Shown: positions 36,120 to 45,899, counted from the first letter of the stretch. The stretch is DNA of 64,000 nucleotides from Acidobacteriota bacterium (GCA_016178075.1 JACOUA010000329.1:3539-67538), one strand, 5' to 3'. Made by a program: numbers and translations. The notes: generated from the letters alone by a model not told the origin.

Positions 36120-36452
36120 TTACGCATGCTTCTCCACCATCCGTTTGAGCTCGTCCTTCGACACCAGGCCGACGATCGACTCCACGATCTGACCGCCCTT
36201 GAAGAGCAGCAGCGTGGGGATCCCGCGGATGCTGTAGCGAAAGGGCACTTCCGGGTTCTCGTCGACGTTCATCTTGCCGATGACGACGCGCCCTTCCATC
36301 TCGGCGGCTAGCGCGTCAACGGCGGGGGCCAAGCGGCGGCACGGCGCACACCATTCGGCCCAGAAATCCACGAGCACCGGCTTGGCTGATTGGATCACGG
36401 CCTGATCGAAGTTCGTATCCGTAAAAGTCTGGACGTTGTCGGATGCCATCAC
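36120..36452 (-). CDS. trxA: Thioredoxin
   Basis: 110 aa, WAEWCAPCR active site. Confidence 0.94.
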   Translation of the reverse strand: MMASDNVQTFTDTNFDQAVIQSAKPVLVDFWAEWCAPCRRLAPAVDALAAEMEGRVVIGKMNVDENPEVPFRYSIRGIPTLLLFKGGQIVESIVGLVSKDELKRMVEKHA

Positions 36453-36458
36453 GTCACC

Positions 36459-37973
36459 TCATTCCGGCCTGACCACCGCATCGGGGTTCCCCGGCGCGTG
36501 TCGTCGGGCGTTCCTGTACAGTTCGACGTACTTCTGGGCCGAGGCGTCCCAGGAATAATCGCCCCGCATGCCGGCTTCCTGAATCCGGCGCCAATGGGCC
36601 CGGTTTCGATACGTCGCAAGGGCGCGCTCCAGGGCGCTCAGCAGGGCTTCCGGCGTGGGCTCGGCGAACTTGAAGCCGTTTCCCCGTCCGCTGATCGGGT
36701 CGAAATCCTCGACCGTATCGTCCAGCCCGCCCGTGGCTCGAACGACCGGGACCGTTCCATAGCGCAAGCTGTACATCTGATTCAGCCCACATGGCTCGTA
36801 CCGCGACGGCATGAGAAAGATGTCGGCCCCGCCTTCGATGAGGTGGGCCCGCGCTTCATCGAATCCAATGTGGGCCGCAATCCGCTCGGGAGCATTTCCC
36901 GCGAGCGCACGCCACATGTCCTCGTACCGGGCCTCGCCGTTCCCCAGCACGACGATGGAGGCATCGAGCCCAGTCAGCCGGCCCGCCAGCGCCTCGACGA
37001 GGTCGAACCCCTTCTGATCCACGAGCCGAGAGATCATCCCGACGAGGGGTCGAGCCATCGCGGCCTTGGAGCTGGGAAGCCCGAACCTGCGCAGGACCTC
37101 TCGCTTGGCGGCCTCTTTCCCCGTGAAATCGCATGCGTCGTACGGCTCGGGGAGAAACCGGTCGCGCCGCGGATCCCATTCATCGTAATCAATTCCGTTC
37201 AGAATGCCGACAAGGTCGGCCGCGCGCGCCCGGAGGATGCCTTCGAAGCCACATCCGTACTCCGGCGACTGAATCTCGATCGCGTATCGCGGACTCACGG
37301 TCGAGAGCGCGTCGCTGAACCCGACGCCGCCTTTGAGAAAACTGACCTGTCCGAAGTACTCCAGGCTGTCGAGAGCACCTGGCAAGAACACGTCGGGACC
37401 GAGATCCAGCGCCGGCAGCCATCCCTCGTCGGCCAACCCTTGGTACGCGAGATTGTGAATCGTGAAGACGACCGGCACGGCGTCCAGCCGCGCATGGCGG
37501 TGATAGAGCCGGCGGAGGTAGACGGGCAGGAGCCCCGCCTGCCAGTCGTGGGTGTGCAGCACGGATGTCGGCTCGTCGCGCTGCGCGAGGAGCTCGAGCG
37601 CGGCGCGCGACAAAAAGCCGAAACGCGCGGGATTGTCGGGATAATCGGCGCCGTCGACGGTGTACAGCCCGTCACGATCGAAGAACTCGGGACAGTCGAC
37701 GAAGATCATCTCGACGCGTTCGTGGAGGCGCTCGACGTAGTAGACCGCGGTGACGAGCCGCCCGCCCATCGGAATACTCGCGTCGGCGAGCCGCTCACCC
37801 GCCGAGATCCCGCGATACCGGGGCAGCAACACGGTAACGCGGTGCCCCAGCCGGCCGAGTGCGCGTGGAAGCGCGCCGAGCACGTCGCCGAGGCCGCCCG
37901 TTTTCGCGTACGGCGCGGCCTCGGATCCGACCATCACGATCGAGAGCGGCTCAGGCGGTTGCAACGCCAGCAT
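36459..37973 (-). CDS. glgA: Glycogen synthase (ADP-glucose type)
   Basis: SIVMVGSEAAPYAKTGGLGDV, PSRYEPCGL. ATG at 37973 (MLALQPPEPLSIVMV..) is preferred over the ORF-track start 38063. Confidence 0.92.
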   Translation of the reverse strand: MLALQPPEPLSIVMVGSEAAPYAKTGGLGDVLGALPRALGRLGHRVTVLLPRYRGISAGERLADASIPMGGRLVTAVYYVERLHERVEMIFVDCPEFFDRDGLYTVDGADYPDNPARFGFLSRAALELLAQRDEPTSVLHTHDWQAGLLPVYLRRLYHRHARLDAVPVVFTIHNLAYQGLADEGWLPALDLGPDVFLPGALDSLEYFGQVSFLKGGVGFSDALSTVSPRYAIEIQSPEYGCGFEGILRARAADLVGILNGIDYDEWDPRRDRFLPEPYDACDFTGKEAAKREVLRRFGLPSSKAAMARPLVGMISRLVDQKGFDLVEALAGRLTGLDASIVVLGNGEARYEDMWRALAGNAPERIAAHIGFDEARAHLIEGGADIFLMPSRYEPCGLNQMYSLRYGTVPVVRATGGLDDTVEDFDPISGRGNGFKFAEPTPEALLSALERALATYRNRAHWRRIQEAGMRGDYSWDASAQKYVELYRNARRHAPGNPDAVVRPE

Positions 37974-37998
37974 CAGTGATCGAGAATGATAACTGCTT

Positions 37999-38880
37999 GT
38001 GCCTCCCCCCGAGCAGCCCCGCCGACCCGTCCGCAGCCAGTCGCGGGAAGTTGTCGAGCTCAATCAGATTAAAGCCGCACACCCTGAGCTCGCGACGGCC
38101 GTCGACTTGCAGATCGAGCTCGTCGGCGTGCAGCGTCGCCTGCAGGCGCGGCTGCCGCTCCCCTGGATCGAAGTCGACGCCCGATGGCTGGCCGAAGAGC
38201 AGCGTCACGGGCGTCCGCTCGTTCGCTTCAAGGATCTGCGGCTCGAGTGGTCCGACGTGCGCTTCATGGTCCGGCAGGCCGCGGACGTGCTGCGGCGGTT
38301 CGACATGATCGAGTCCGACGATCACGCCAGGGTGCAGCACCTGATTCGTGAGGGGCATCAACTCGAGCCGCTCGTCGCGCGTTGGTATTCCACGCAGGCG
38401 TTCCCGGACGATCCGACGCCCGAGACGCCGCCGGTCGATCCGCCGATCTCGCCGGAAGCTCTCGAGTTGGTGCTGCTGTTCGCGATGCGGCCGTTCCTCG
38501 CGCGATGTGCCGAGATGCTGCTGCCACAGGTCGATCTGACCGCCTGGACGCATCCGCGATGTCCGCTGTGCGGCGGGGATCCGGAAATGGGCGCGCTCAA
38601 CGCGGCGGGCGACCGGATGCTGGTCTGCGGCCGGTGCACCGGCGCGTGGACGTTCGATTCGGGGGTGTGTCCGTTCTGTCGGAACGACGACCGAAGCCTC
38701 CTGAGCACCTTCACCGGCAGTGACCCCTGCTACCTCATCGAGGCGTGCAACGTGTGCCGTCGCTACATCAAGACGTTCGACAGCCGTCGGGGCACCAGAC
38801 CTTTCATGCTGGCGGTCGACTCGGTCGCCACGCTCCCGCTCGACGCGGCCGCGATGCAGAAGGGGTACACCGGTGGGTAA
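37999..38880 (+). CDS. FdhE-like protein (four CxxC motifs), no formate dehydrogenase nearby
   Basis: CPLCGG..CGRC..CPFC..CNVCRRYIKTFD matches the rubredoxin-like Cys pattern of FdhE. The start is uncertain. Confidence 0.7.
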   Translation: MPPPEQPRRPVRSQSREVVELNQIKAAHPELATAVDLQIELVGVQRRLQARLPLPWIEVDARWLAEEQRHGRPLVRFKDLRLEWSDVRFMVRQAADVLRRFDMIESDDHARVQHLIREGHQLEPLVARWYSTQAFPDDPTPETPPVDPPISPEALELVLLFAMRPFLARCAEMLLPQVDLTAWTHPRCPLCGGDPEMGALNAAGDRMLVCGRCTGAWTFDSGVCPFCRNDDRSLLSTFTGSDPCYLIEACNVCRRYIKTFDSRRGTRPFMLAVDSVATLPLDAAAMQKGYTGG

Positions 38881-38897
38881 CGAACAGAAAGCGCGCT

Positions 38898-39009
38898 GTA
38901 GTTTTCAGTTCTCAGTGCTCAGTTGTCAGTTCAAAGACTCCAGCCTGCGGCCGGTGTCCTTGAAAAACCACGGCGTCGGAAAACTGACAACTGAGAACTG
39001 AAAACTATT
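38898..39009. repeat. Heptamer-periodic inverted repeat, word CAGTTYT / ARAACTG, between convergent genes
   Basis: GTAGTTTTCAGTTCTCAGTGCTCAGTTGTCAGTT ... AAAACTGACAACTGAGAACTGAAAACTATTTT. Confidence 0.88.
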
Positions 39010-40045
39010 TTGTCGCGGGTTTCAGCCGTTCGGTGAGCCAGTTGAAGAGGTGCCGCGTTTCCCAGAATCGGCCCGCGTTCGACCGGGCGCCGAGGATCAC
39101 GACGGCGACTTGCTGGTTGAGGTCGGGAACCTGAAGGAGTGTCGCGAGACAGTACCCCGCCTTGCCGATGAAGCCGGTCTTGCTGGCGCGGACGTCCAGA
39201 TCGCCGCCGACCAGCTTGTTGGTGTTGTGGATCGTCACCGTGCGGCGGTTCGTGCTGACCTCGAACTCCGGCGTCCGCATGATGACGGCCATCCGCTGGT
39301 CGGTCCCGGCGTACGCGATCAACCGCGCCATGTCGTACGCAGACGAGACGTTGTCCGCACTGAGCCCGGACGGGTCGTGATACTCGGTGCTTCGCAGCCC
39401 GAGCTCGGCCGCCTTCTCGTTCATGCGGACGACGAACCCGGCGGGGCCGCGCGAAGAATAGCGCGCCAGCGTCCTCGCGGCCGCGTTGTCCGACGCGATG
39501 AGCGTCAGGTGCAGCACGTCGTCGAGCGACACCTGCTCGTTGGCGCGAAGATACGTGATCGACGCCCCGCGGACGTCGTTTCGATCGATCGTCACAGCGC
39601 GGTTGAGGTCGGGGCTGTCCTCGAGAAAGACCAGCGTCGTCATCACCTTCGTGATGCTCGCGATGGACCGCTGGTTCTGTGCGTTCTCTTCCCAGAGAAT
39701 CTCGCCGGTGTCCGGGTTGTAGATGATGGCCGCCTCGGCCCGAATGTCGGGCACGAGGTTGCCGTGCTGATCCATGCGGAAGCGCGGCGTCTGCGCTTCC
39801 TGCAGTTGTCGCGCACGCGCCGCCGCTTGCGCCCGAGCCAGACGTGCGCGCCTCGCCTGCGCCGCCGTCGAGGAGTAGGTCGGGCGCCTGGCCGCTGGCT
39901 TCTTGGCGGTCGTTCCCTGCCCGCACACCTGGGGGGCGTGGGCGAGGGAGATCCCAACCAGCGCGACAAAGACCCCGGCAGCCCGGAGAAGCCGAGCTTT
40001 CAACATGCCCGGATGTGTGATGGAAACTGACACCAAACGTGTCAT
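39005..40045 (-). CDS. D-alanyl-D-alanine carboxypeptidase (peptidase S11, PBP5/6-like)
   Basis: Signal peptide, SITK (SxxK), SDN, KTGF motifs in the canonical order. Confidence 0.88.
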   Translation of the reverse strand: MTRLVSVSITHPGMLKARLLRAAGVFVALVGISLAHAPQVCGQGTTAKKPAARRPTYSSTAAQARRARLARAQAAARARQLQEAQTPRFRMDQHGNLVPDIRAEAAIIYNPDTGEILWEENAQNQRSIASITKVMTTLVFLEDSPDLNRAVTIDRNDVRGASITYLRANEQVSLDDVLHLTLIASDNAAARTLARYSSRGPAGFVVRMNEKAAELGLRSTEYHDPSGLSADNVSSAYDMARLIAYAGTDQRMAVIMRTPEFEVSTNRRTVTIHNTNKLVGGDLDVRASKTGFIGKAGYCLATLLQVPDLNQQVAVVILGARSNAGRFWETRHLFNWLTERLKPATK

Positions 40046-40167
40046 CGGTATCTTAGCAGAACATCTACAGCCTGCAACCCGTACGAGGTGATAATTCGCG
40101 AAATCCGGGCCTGACGCTGGGATACCGGGCGTGAGTTCGGCATCCTGGCTCAGCTAGACCAAGACTT

Positions 40168-40839
40168 ATGCCAGAGCCTCCGAGCGGTTCACCGGGCTCG
40201 ACCCAGACGACGGCGCAGGCCGAGTTCGAGGCGCTTCGCGCCACGATCCGGGAGCGAGGCTCGATGCGAGTGCTGGTCTTCGTCATCGGGCTCGCGTCCT
40301 GGGCGCTTGTCTGGGCCTGGCTCGCCTCGTCGCCGTTCCTCCCATTCATCTCGCTCGTTCCATTGGCTTTGCTGGCCGGCGTCTTCGAGGCCGTGAACGC
40401 CCTCCACGTCGGGGTCGAGCGGATCGGACGCTATCTCGAGGTCTTCTACGAAGGAGCCCCGTCCCACGCGCTCGACGATGCGGCGGAGCGTGCGCGCTGG
40501 GAAACCACGATGGCGGCGTACGGGCGCCGCTTTACGGGTGGCTCTCCCGATCCTCTCTTTTGTGGGGTCTTCGCGATCTCCGTGCTACTGAATCTGTTGC
40601 CGGTCGCGATGCTGAGGCCCAGGATGAGAGAGTGGGTGTTCTTCGGACTGCTGCATCTCGCCGTGCTCGGACGGTTGGCCCGTGCCCGCCGGCGGGCGGC
40701 CGATCAGCGCGCGACGGACCTCGACGCGTTCCGCGCGCTTTATCGCAGCTCGAGCTCGGCTTCGACCAGAGAGAGCACGGCCTCCGGCTCCACCACCGCT
40801 TCTTCATCGGAGCCCGCCGTCTCCGGCTCATCGTCCTGA
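40168..40839 (+). CDS. Hypothetical membrane protein (about 4 TM)
   Basis: Hydrophobic segments VLVFVIGLASWALVWAWL, FISLVPLALLAGVF, LFCGVFAISVLLNLL, VFFGLLHLAVL. No recognisable family. The Ser-rich tail overlaps the convergent gene by 100 nt. Confidence 0.45.
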   Translation: MPEPPSGSPGSTQTTAQAEFEALRATIRERGSMRVLVFVIGLASWALVWAWLASSPFLPFISLVPLALLAGVFEAVNALHVGVERIGRYLEVFYEGAPSHALDDAAERARWETTMAAYGRRFTGGSPDPLFCGVFAISVLLNLLPVAMLRPRMREWVFFGLLHLAVLGRLARARRRAADQRATDLDAFRALYRSSSSASTRESTASGSTTASSSEPAVSGSSS

Positions 40840-41138
40840 CAGAAATCCTCGAGCGGCGCGTACGGCGTGTTGAGTAGCTCCTCGAGCCGGCTGACGTCGC
40901 ATCCGACCGCGATCTCGTGACGAAAGATGACGGTCGGCACCCAGGCGCGGCCGGCCATCGTCAGGAGCAGGCGGAGCGCCCGGTTGTCGGCCTCGATGTC
41001 GAACTCGATGGCGGTCAGGCCGCGCGCGGCCAGATGCTCGCGCAGCGCGGCCGAGCGGGCGCAGCCCGGACGCGCGAACAGCACCGGCCGATACCGCGCC
41101 CCGTCCCATCGTCGGAGATCGCGCCGCTCGAGACGCAT
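40740..41138 (-). CDS. Glutaredoxin-fold protein with a CxxS motif and an acidic C-terminal tail
   Basis: VLFARPGCARSAALREHL..VPTVIF resembles a glutaredoxin/NrdH fold, with CARS in place of CxxC. Confidence 0.55.
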   Translation of the reverse strand: MRLERRDLRRWDGARYRPVLFARPGCARSAALREHLAARGLTAIEFDIEADNRALRLLLTMAGRAWVPTVIFRHEIAVGCDVSRLEELLNTPYAPLEDFCQDDEPETAGSDEEAVVEPEAVLSLVEAELELR

Positions 41139-41317
41139 GTCTACTTCTTTTGGTTCGCGTGGGGCGGCCGCTCCGCCCCATCCGAAAGCAACAACAGGAC
41201 TCCGCGACCGCTCATTGTTTGATCCGGGGCCCCCTGGATCCCCGTTGGCCCCACGCGCTGCCGTCGCTTACGCTCCGGATCTTGATTGCGAAGCCGGACT
41301 CAAAACTCGATGCGTCC

Positions 41318-42586
41318 TTACTTTTGCGTCAGCGCCACGACGAGGAGCAACGCGCGCTGCGCGCCTCTCCAGGCGTCGGTGGTATCGAAGGCTTCGTTGA
41401 GCGAGTGGGAGCCGCTTCCGCGGCCGCCGCCGTCGATCGTCAGCGCCGGAATCTTCAGGCTCATCGGCACGTTCGACTCGGTCGAGCCCTCGCCGAGATC
41501 CGACGCAATTGCGAGCGCTTTGTCGACGGAGATCGCGGCGCGCATGATCGGCGAGTCCTCGGGTGTGCTCCCGGCAGGACGATCGCCGACCAGGGCGTTC
41601 TCGACCGTCAGGCGGCCGCGGCCGCCCCACCGCGCGTTCTCTTCCGCGAGCGCCTCGTCAACCGCCTTGCGGTACTGCGCGTCGAGCGCCTGCAGTGAAG
41701 GTGGGTCTGCCGATCGCATGTCCATCTCCAGCCACGCCTCGAACGCGATCGAGTTCACCGACGTCCCGCCCCCCACGCGGCCGACATTGAAGGTGGTCTT
41801 GGGTCGGGCCGGCACCTGGATGCTGGAGATCTTCGCGATGGCGCGGCCCAACGCATGAATCGGGTTGGCGAGGCCGAACGCGCCGTAGCTGTGCCCGCCC
41901 GGGCCCTTGAAGCTCGCGCGGTACCGGTGGCTCCCGACGGCGACGTTCGTGATCCCAAGGCCGGCGCCATCGAGCGCGACGAAGCGATCGATCCGTCCCT
42001 TCAGCGTCTCGTTGAACAGTCGCTTCACGCCGCGAAGATCGCCAAGCCCTTCCTCTCCAACGGTGCCCGCGAACGTGATCGTGCCCGGTGTTCTAATCTT
42101 CGCCTCGTTCAGGGCACGGACGACCGCCAGCAGCACCGCAAGTCCGCGGCAGTTGTCACCGATCCCGGGCCCGCGGAGCACCGATCCTTCGCGTGTGACC
42201 TTCACCTTGGTGTCTTCCGGGAAGACGGTATCGAGATGAGCGGTGAAGAGAAGGTGCGGTTGCTCGGACAGACCTGGACGGTCGCCGACGACGTTGCCCG
42301 CGGTATCGATTCGAACGTTTGCGAGGCCGAGAGCCTCGAACTTCTTCTTGTAGAGCTCAGCGCGGGCGGTTTCCTTGAACGGCGGCGCGGCCACTTCGCA
42401 GAGCTCGATCTGCTGCTCGACGGTCGAAGGCTCGCTTGTGCGGACCGCCTCGAGGGCGACCTTCACGGCGGCGTCCTCCCGGAGGCGCGCACCGAGATCG
42501 GCGGCACCTTCCTGACCGCGGGATACTGTGAAGAACGAAGCAGCTATCGCAATCGCGAGGGCCGTGCGTGCGTGTTGACGGATCAT
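41318..42586 (-). CDS. M20/M28-type metallopeptidase, secreted
   Basis: Signal peptide after ATG 42586 (MIRQHARTALAIAIAASFF). LLFTAHLDTVFPEDT, GPGIGDNCRG, GTVGEEGLGDLRG. Confidence 0.87.
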   Translation of the reverse strand: MIRQHARTALAIAIAASFFTVSRGQEGAADLGARLREDAAVKVALEAVRTSEPSTVEQQIELCEVAAPPFKETARAELYKKKFEALGLANVRIDTAGNVVGDRPGLSEQPHLLFTAHLDTVFPEDTKVKVTREGSVLRGPGIGDNCRGLAVLLAVVRALNEAKIRTPGTITFAGTVGEEGLGDLRGVKRLFNETLKGRIDRFVALDGAGLGITNVAVGSHRYRASFKGPGGHSYGAFGLANPIHALGRAIAKISSIQVPARPKTTFNVGRVGGGTSVNSIAFEAWLEMDMRSADPPSLQALDAQYRKAVDEALAEENARWGGRGRLTVENALVGDRPAGSTPEDSPIMRAAISVDKALAIASDLGEGSTESNVPMSLKIPALTIDGGGRGSGSHSLNEAFDTTDAWRGAQRALLLVVALTQK

Positions 42587-42896
42587 CGGTTTTTCGGCGC
42601 TCCGTGGTGGGGTGGCCACTATTTCCTCTCGCGCCGGCGCTGTCAAGCACGGTTGCACACTGCGCACGCGATCCAAAAACACGGATGCGAACAGAGGGAT
42701 TCATTGGATCGCGGCAGCCGAGCGACGCGACTTTCCAATCTAAGTCTTCAGACGGCAACTACTTGCGGACATTACTCAGGTGCCGATGTGTGGCACCCAG
42801 CTTGCTCGGACCGGAGTATTCCGAACTCGCGCGTTCTTGAGTACAGTCCATCGATCAAACCATTGCCGCTGAACGACCTTCCTTGGAGGGCATTTC

Positions 42897-45839
42897 ATGA
42901 GACGTTGGAGGATTGAGGTGTTGAGGCCAGTTCTGTACGTCGCTCTGCTGGCGCTCGCAATTGGGATCGCCAGCCCCGCGGCGGCGCAGGAGTTCCGCGG
43001 GCGCATCAGCGGAACCGTCACCGACAACAGCGGCGGCGTGCTCCCGGGCGTGACCGTCACCGCCACCAGCCCGGCGATGATTCAGCCGCAGGCGGTGGTG
43101 ACCGGCGCGGATGGCGTGTACCGCCTGATCGCGCTTCCGGCCGGCCTCTATACGGTGACGTTCGAGCTGTCTGGTTTCAACTCGCTCAAGCGCGAGGGGA
43201 TCCGCGTCGTCATCAACCAGACATTGACGCTGAACGCCGAGCTGCAGGTCGCCTCACTGCAAGAGACCGTGACGGTGAGCGGTGAGTCGCCCGTTGTCGA
43301 CACGTCGACGACCACGGTCGGCACGAACTTCACGAAGGAGCTGCTGACCGAGATTCCGAACGCACGTGACATCTGGGCAGCCATGGCGCAAGCCCCTGGC
43401 TTCCAGGTGACCGGCTACGATGTCGGTGGCTCGCACACCGGAACTCAGACCGGCTACGTTACCTACGGCGTCAGCCAGCAGAACACCACTCGGATCGACG
43501 GTGTCAACACGAGCGAGGGCACGAGCGCCAACGCCGGGTACTTCGACTTCGGGTCGTTCGAAGAGTTCCAGCTCGGCGGCGCCGGGAACGACGCCGCACA
43601 GGACGTGCCCGGCGCGTCGCTGAACATCACCGTCAAGTCCGGCGGCGACCGGTTCAGCGGCAACTGGTACAGCGACTGGGAGAACCACAGCACCATCAGC
43701 GACAACGTGCCCGACTACCTCAAGACGCCGTTCCAGAAGAGCAGCGACGGATTCTTCACCCGGACGGCCGTTCAACGTGGCAATCAGATCGATCGGCAGT
43801 ACGACATCAACCCGAACGTCGGCGGCCCGCTCTGGAGAGGCAAGGCGTGGTTCTTTACCTCGTGGCGTCTCAACGATCAATACAAGTACGTGCTCGGGTT
43901 CGACGAGCTCGCGCGGTCGAAGCTCAGCAACAAGTACACCCTGAAGGGTACGTTCCAGCTCTCGAAGAACAACCAGCTCATCGCCTTCCTCAACAAGCGC
44001 GAGAAGCTGCAGGCCCTGCGCGAGTTTGGCCCGACCGTCCCGCTGTCGGCCGCCTACTATCAATCGTCTCGGAACTATCCGTGGAAGTTCGAGTGGACGA
44101 GCGTGCTGTCGAGCCGCATGTTCCTCGATGTGCTGGCAGGCAACTGGTACAACTTCTTCCCGCTGCGACCGCAGACCGAGGTGGGCGTGTGGCCGATCGA
44201 CAAGTTCGTGCCCGGGCGAATCAACCTGAACGACAACACCTATTTCGCGGGCGGCGCGAACGATTCATATCAGGACCAGAAGCGGTTCAAGCCGCAGACG
44301 TTGACGACCCTTTCGTTCTTCCAGGACGGGTGGCACGGCGCACACGACTTCAAGTTTGGCTTCGAGGCGCGCCGCGACCGTCGCATCCTCGGAAACGACG
44401 AGCCGTTCAACATCTTCTACCGCGACAGAGACGGTGTCCCCTCCGAACTTGAAATCTACAACGGTCCCGTGGCGCCGACCAACGACGTCAACGTGCGCAG
44501 CGCGTTCGTGCAGGACAACTGGAAGTTCAACGAGAAGCTGACGCTCAACCTCGGCTTCAGGGTCGATCACTACACCGACGGCTGGCCCGAGCAGCAGTTC
44601 GCGCCGGCAGGCGTTCCCGCGCTGGCCAACGCGACCGATCCGCGGATCGTCAGCTTCTTCGCGGCGAAAACGATTTCGGCGCAGATTGTGGCGAGATCGA
44701 CAACGGCCGGACCCCGCGCCGGGTTCGCGTACGACCTGGCGGGCAATGGGAAGTCGGTCGTCAAGGGCTACTACGGCCGGTTCTATTTCAACTCCGCCGA
44801 CCTGATTGCCGACAACCAAAACCCGGTGGGGTTCGCCCGACTGCGGTATCAGTTCAGGGACGCCAACGGCAACAAGCTCCTCGACAGCCCGGCCGAATTG
44901 GGAAATTTCATCACGACGGCCGGCGGCGGCGGGTTCGTCACGGTCGATCCGAACCTGAAACGGCCCTACGGCGACGAGGTGTCGGCGCACTACGAGCAGG
45001 AGATTCGAGAAGGTCTCTCGGGTCGCTTCTCGTATGTCTACAAGAACCTCCGCAATGAGTGGGCGGAGGTCGACCTCGGCCGCGTCAACGCCCAGACCAT
45101 TCCCGTCAACGTCGTCGATCGAGGACCCGACGGGATTCTGGGTAATGCGGATGATGCGACCCGAACGCTGTACGACATCCCGGCCGGGACGCCGAGCCAG
45201 CGCACGTTCACGAATCCGACGAGCCCGCAGTACAACTCCGACTACAACACGGTGGAGTGGGCGGTCAACCGGCGGCTCAAGGGCGGCTGGATGGTGCTGA
45301 CATCGTTCGAGTACTCCTGGCTGAAGGAGTTCGTCGGCGCCACGTCTTCGACGAGCAGCACCGGCGCGGCGGGGAACACGAAGACGTACTCGTGGAACCG
45401 CAACCTCCGGCAGGCGGATCGCGAAACCACGACGATCTGGAACTACAAGCTGATCGGACGATACATGCTGCCGCTAGAGGTCGGGATCAGCGGGTCGTAC
45501 AAGCTCCAGAGCGGACGCCGGTGGGGCCGCGCCGTGAGCTTGAGCGTGCCGAACCTGGGCGCCCAGACCGTCCGCGTGGAACCCGTCACCTCGCATCGCG
45601 CCCCGAACGTCAGCATCGTCGATCTCCGGTTCGACAAGTCGATCAAGATTCCGGGGAACAACGGTGGCCGCTTGACCGCGATGGTGGACGTGTTCAACCT
45701 GTTGAACTCGGATGTCCCCATTACGTTTCGTACGCTGACCGGCAACGTGGCGGCCGGACAGCCGTACGGCAACTTCGGGGAAGTGACCGCGATCCTCGAC
45801 CCGCGCATCGTGCGGTTCGGCATCCGGTACGACTTCTAA
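42897..45839 (+). CDS. TonB-dependent receptor-like outer-membrane protein with an N-terminal carboxypeptidase-regulatory-like domain (paralogue 1)
   Basis: Signal peptide, GRISGTVTDNSGGVLPGVTVTATSP...DGVYRLIALPAGLYTVTFELSGF, large beta-barrel, C-terminal ..RIVRFGIRYDF. GGAGGG RBS 6 nt before the ATG. Confidence 0.88.
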   Translation: MRRWRIEVLRPVLYVALLALAIGIASPAAAQEFRGRISGTVTDNSGGVLPGVTVTATSPAMIQPQAVVTGADGVYRLIALPAGLYTVTFELSGFNSLKREGIRVVINQTLTLNAELQVASLQETVTVSGESPVVDTSTTTVGTNFTKELLTEIPNARDIWAAMAQAPGFQVTGYDVGGSHTGTQTGYVTYGVSQQNTTRIDGVNTSEGTSANAGYFDFGSFEEFQLGGAGNDAAQDVPGASLNITVKSGGDRFSGNWYSDWENHSTISDNVPDYLKTPFQKSSDGFFTRTAVQRGNQIDRQYDINPNVGGPLWRGKAWFFTSWRLNDQYKYVLGFDELARSKLSNKYTLKGTFQLSKNNQLIAFLNKREKLQALREFGPTVPLSAAYYQSSRNYPWKFEWTSVLSSRMFLDVLAGNWYNFFPLRPQTEVGVWPIDKFVPGRINLNDNTYFAGGANDSYQDQKRFKPQTLTTLSFFQDGWHGAHDFKFGFEARRDRRILGNDEPFNIFYRDRDGVPSELEIYNGPVAPTNDVNVRSAFVQDNWKFNEKLTLNLGFRVDHYTDGWPEQQFAPAGVPALANATDPRIVSFFAAKTISAQIVARSTTAGPRAGFAYDLAGNGKSVVKGYYGRFYFNSADLIADNQNPVGFARLRYQFRDANGNKLLDSPAELGNFITTAGGGGFVTVDPNLKRPYGDEVSAHYEQEIREGLSGRFSYVYKNLRNEWAEVDLGRVNAQTIPVNVVDRGPDGILGNADDATRTLYDIPAGTPSQRTFTNPTSPQYNSDYNTVEWAVNRRLKGGWMVLTSFEYSWLKEFVGATSSTSSTGAAGNTKTYSWNRNLRQADRETTTIWNYKLIGRYMLPLEVGISGSYKLQSGRRWGRAVSLSVPNLGAQTVRVEPVTSHRAPNVSIVDLRFDKSIKIPGNNGGRLTAMVDVFNLLNSDVPITFRTLTGNVAAGQPYGNFGEVTAILDPRIVRFGIRYDF

Positions 45840-45842
45840 GTA

Positions 45843-45899
45843 AAACCCAGGAGCCAGTTGGAGACCGGGCGAACTCGGCCTTCAACAAGTCCTGGGTTT
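45843..45899. repeat. Hairpin element with a 10-bp perfect stem (AAACCCAGGA ... TCCTGGGTTT) directly after the receptor stop
   Basis: Read directly. Flanked by TAAGTA / TACTAG. Confidence 0.7.

Noticed and set aside
36390-37979. 529-aa plus-strand ORF
   Set aside because: It is the antisense shadow of glgA.
42587-42896. Possible riboswitch or leader RNA upstream of the first TonB-dependent receptor
   Set aside because: I could not recognise any known riboswitch signature (for example a B12 box) by eye, only a small GTGCC..GGCAC hairpin. This needs a covariance-model scan, so it is not reported as a feature.
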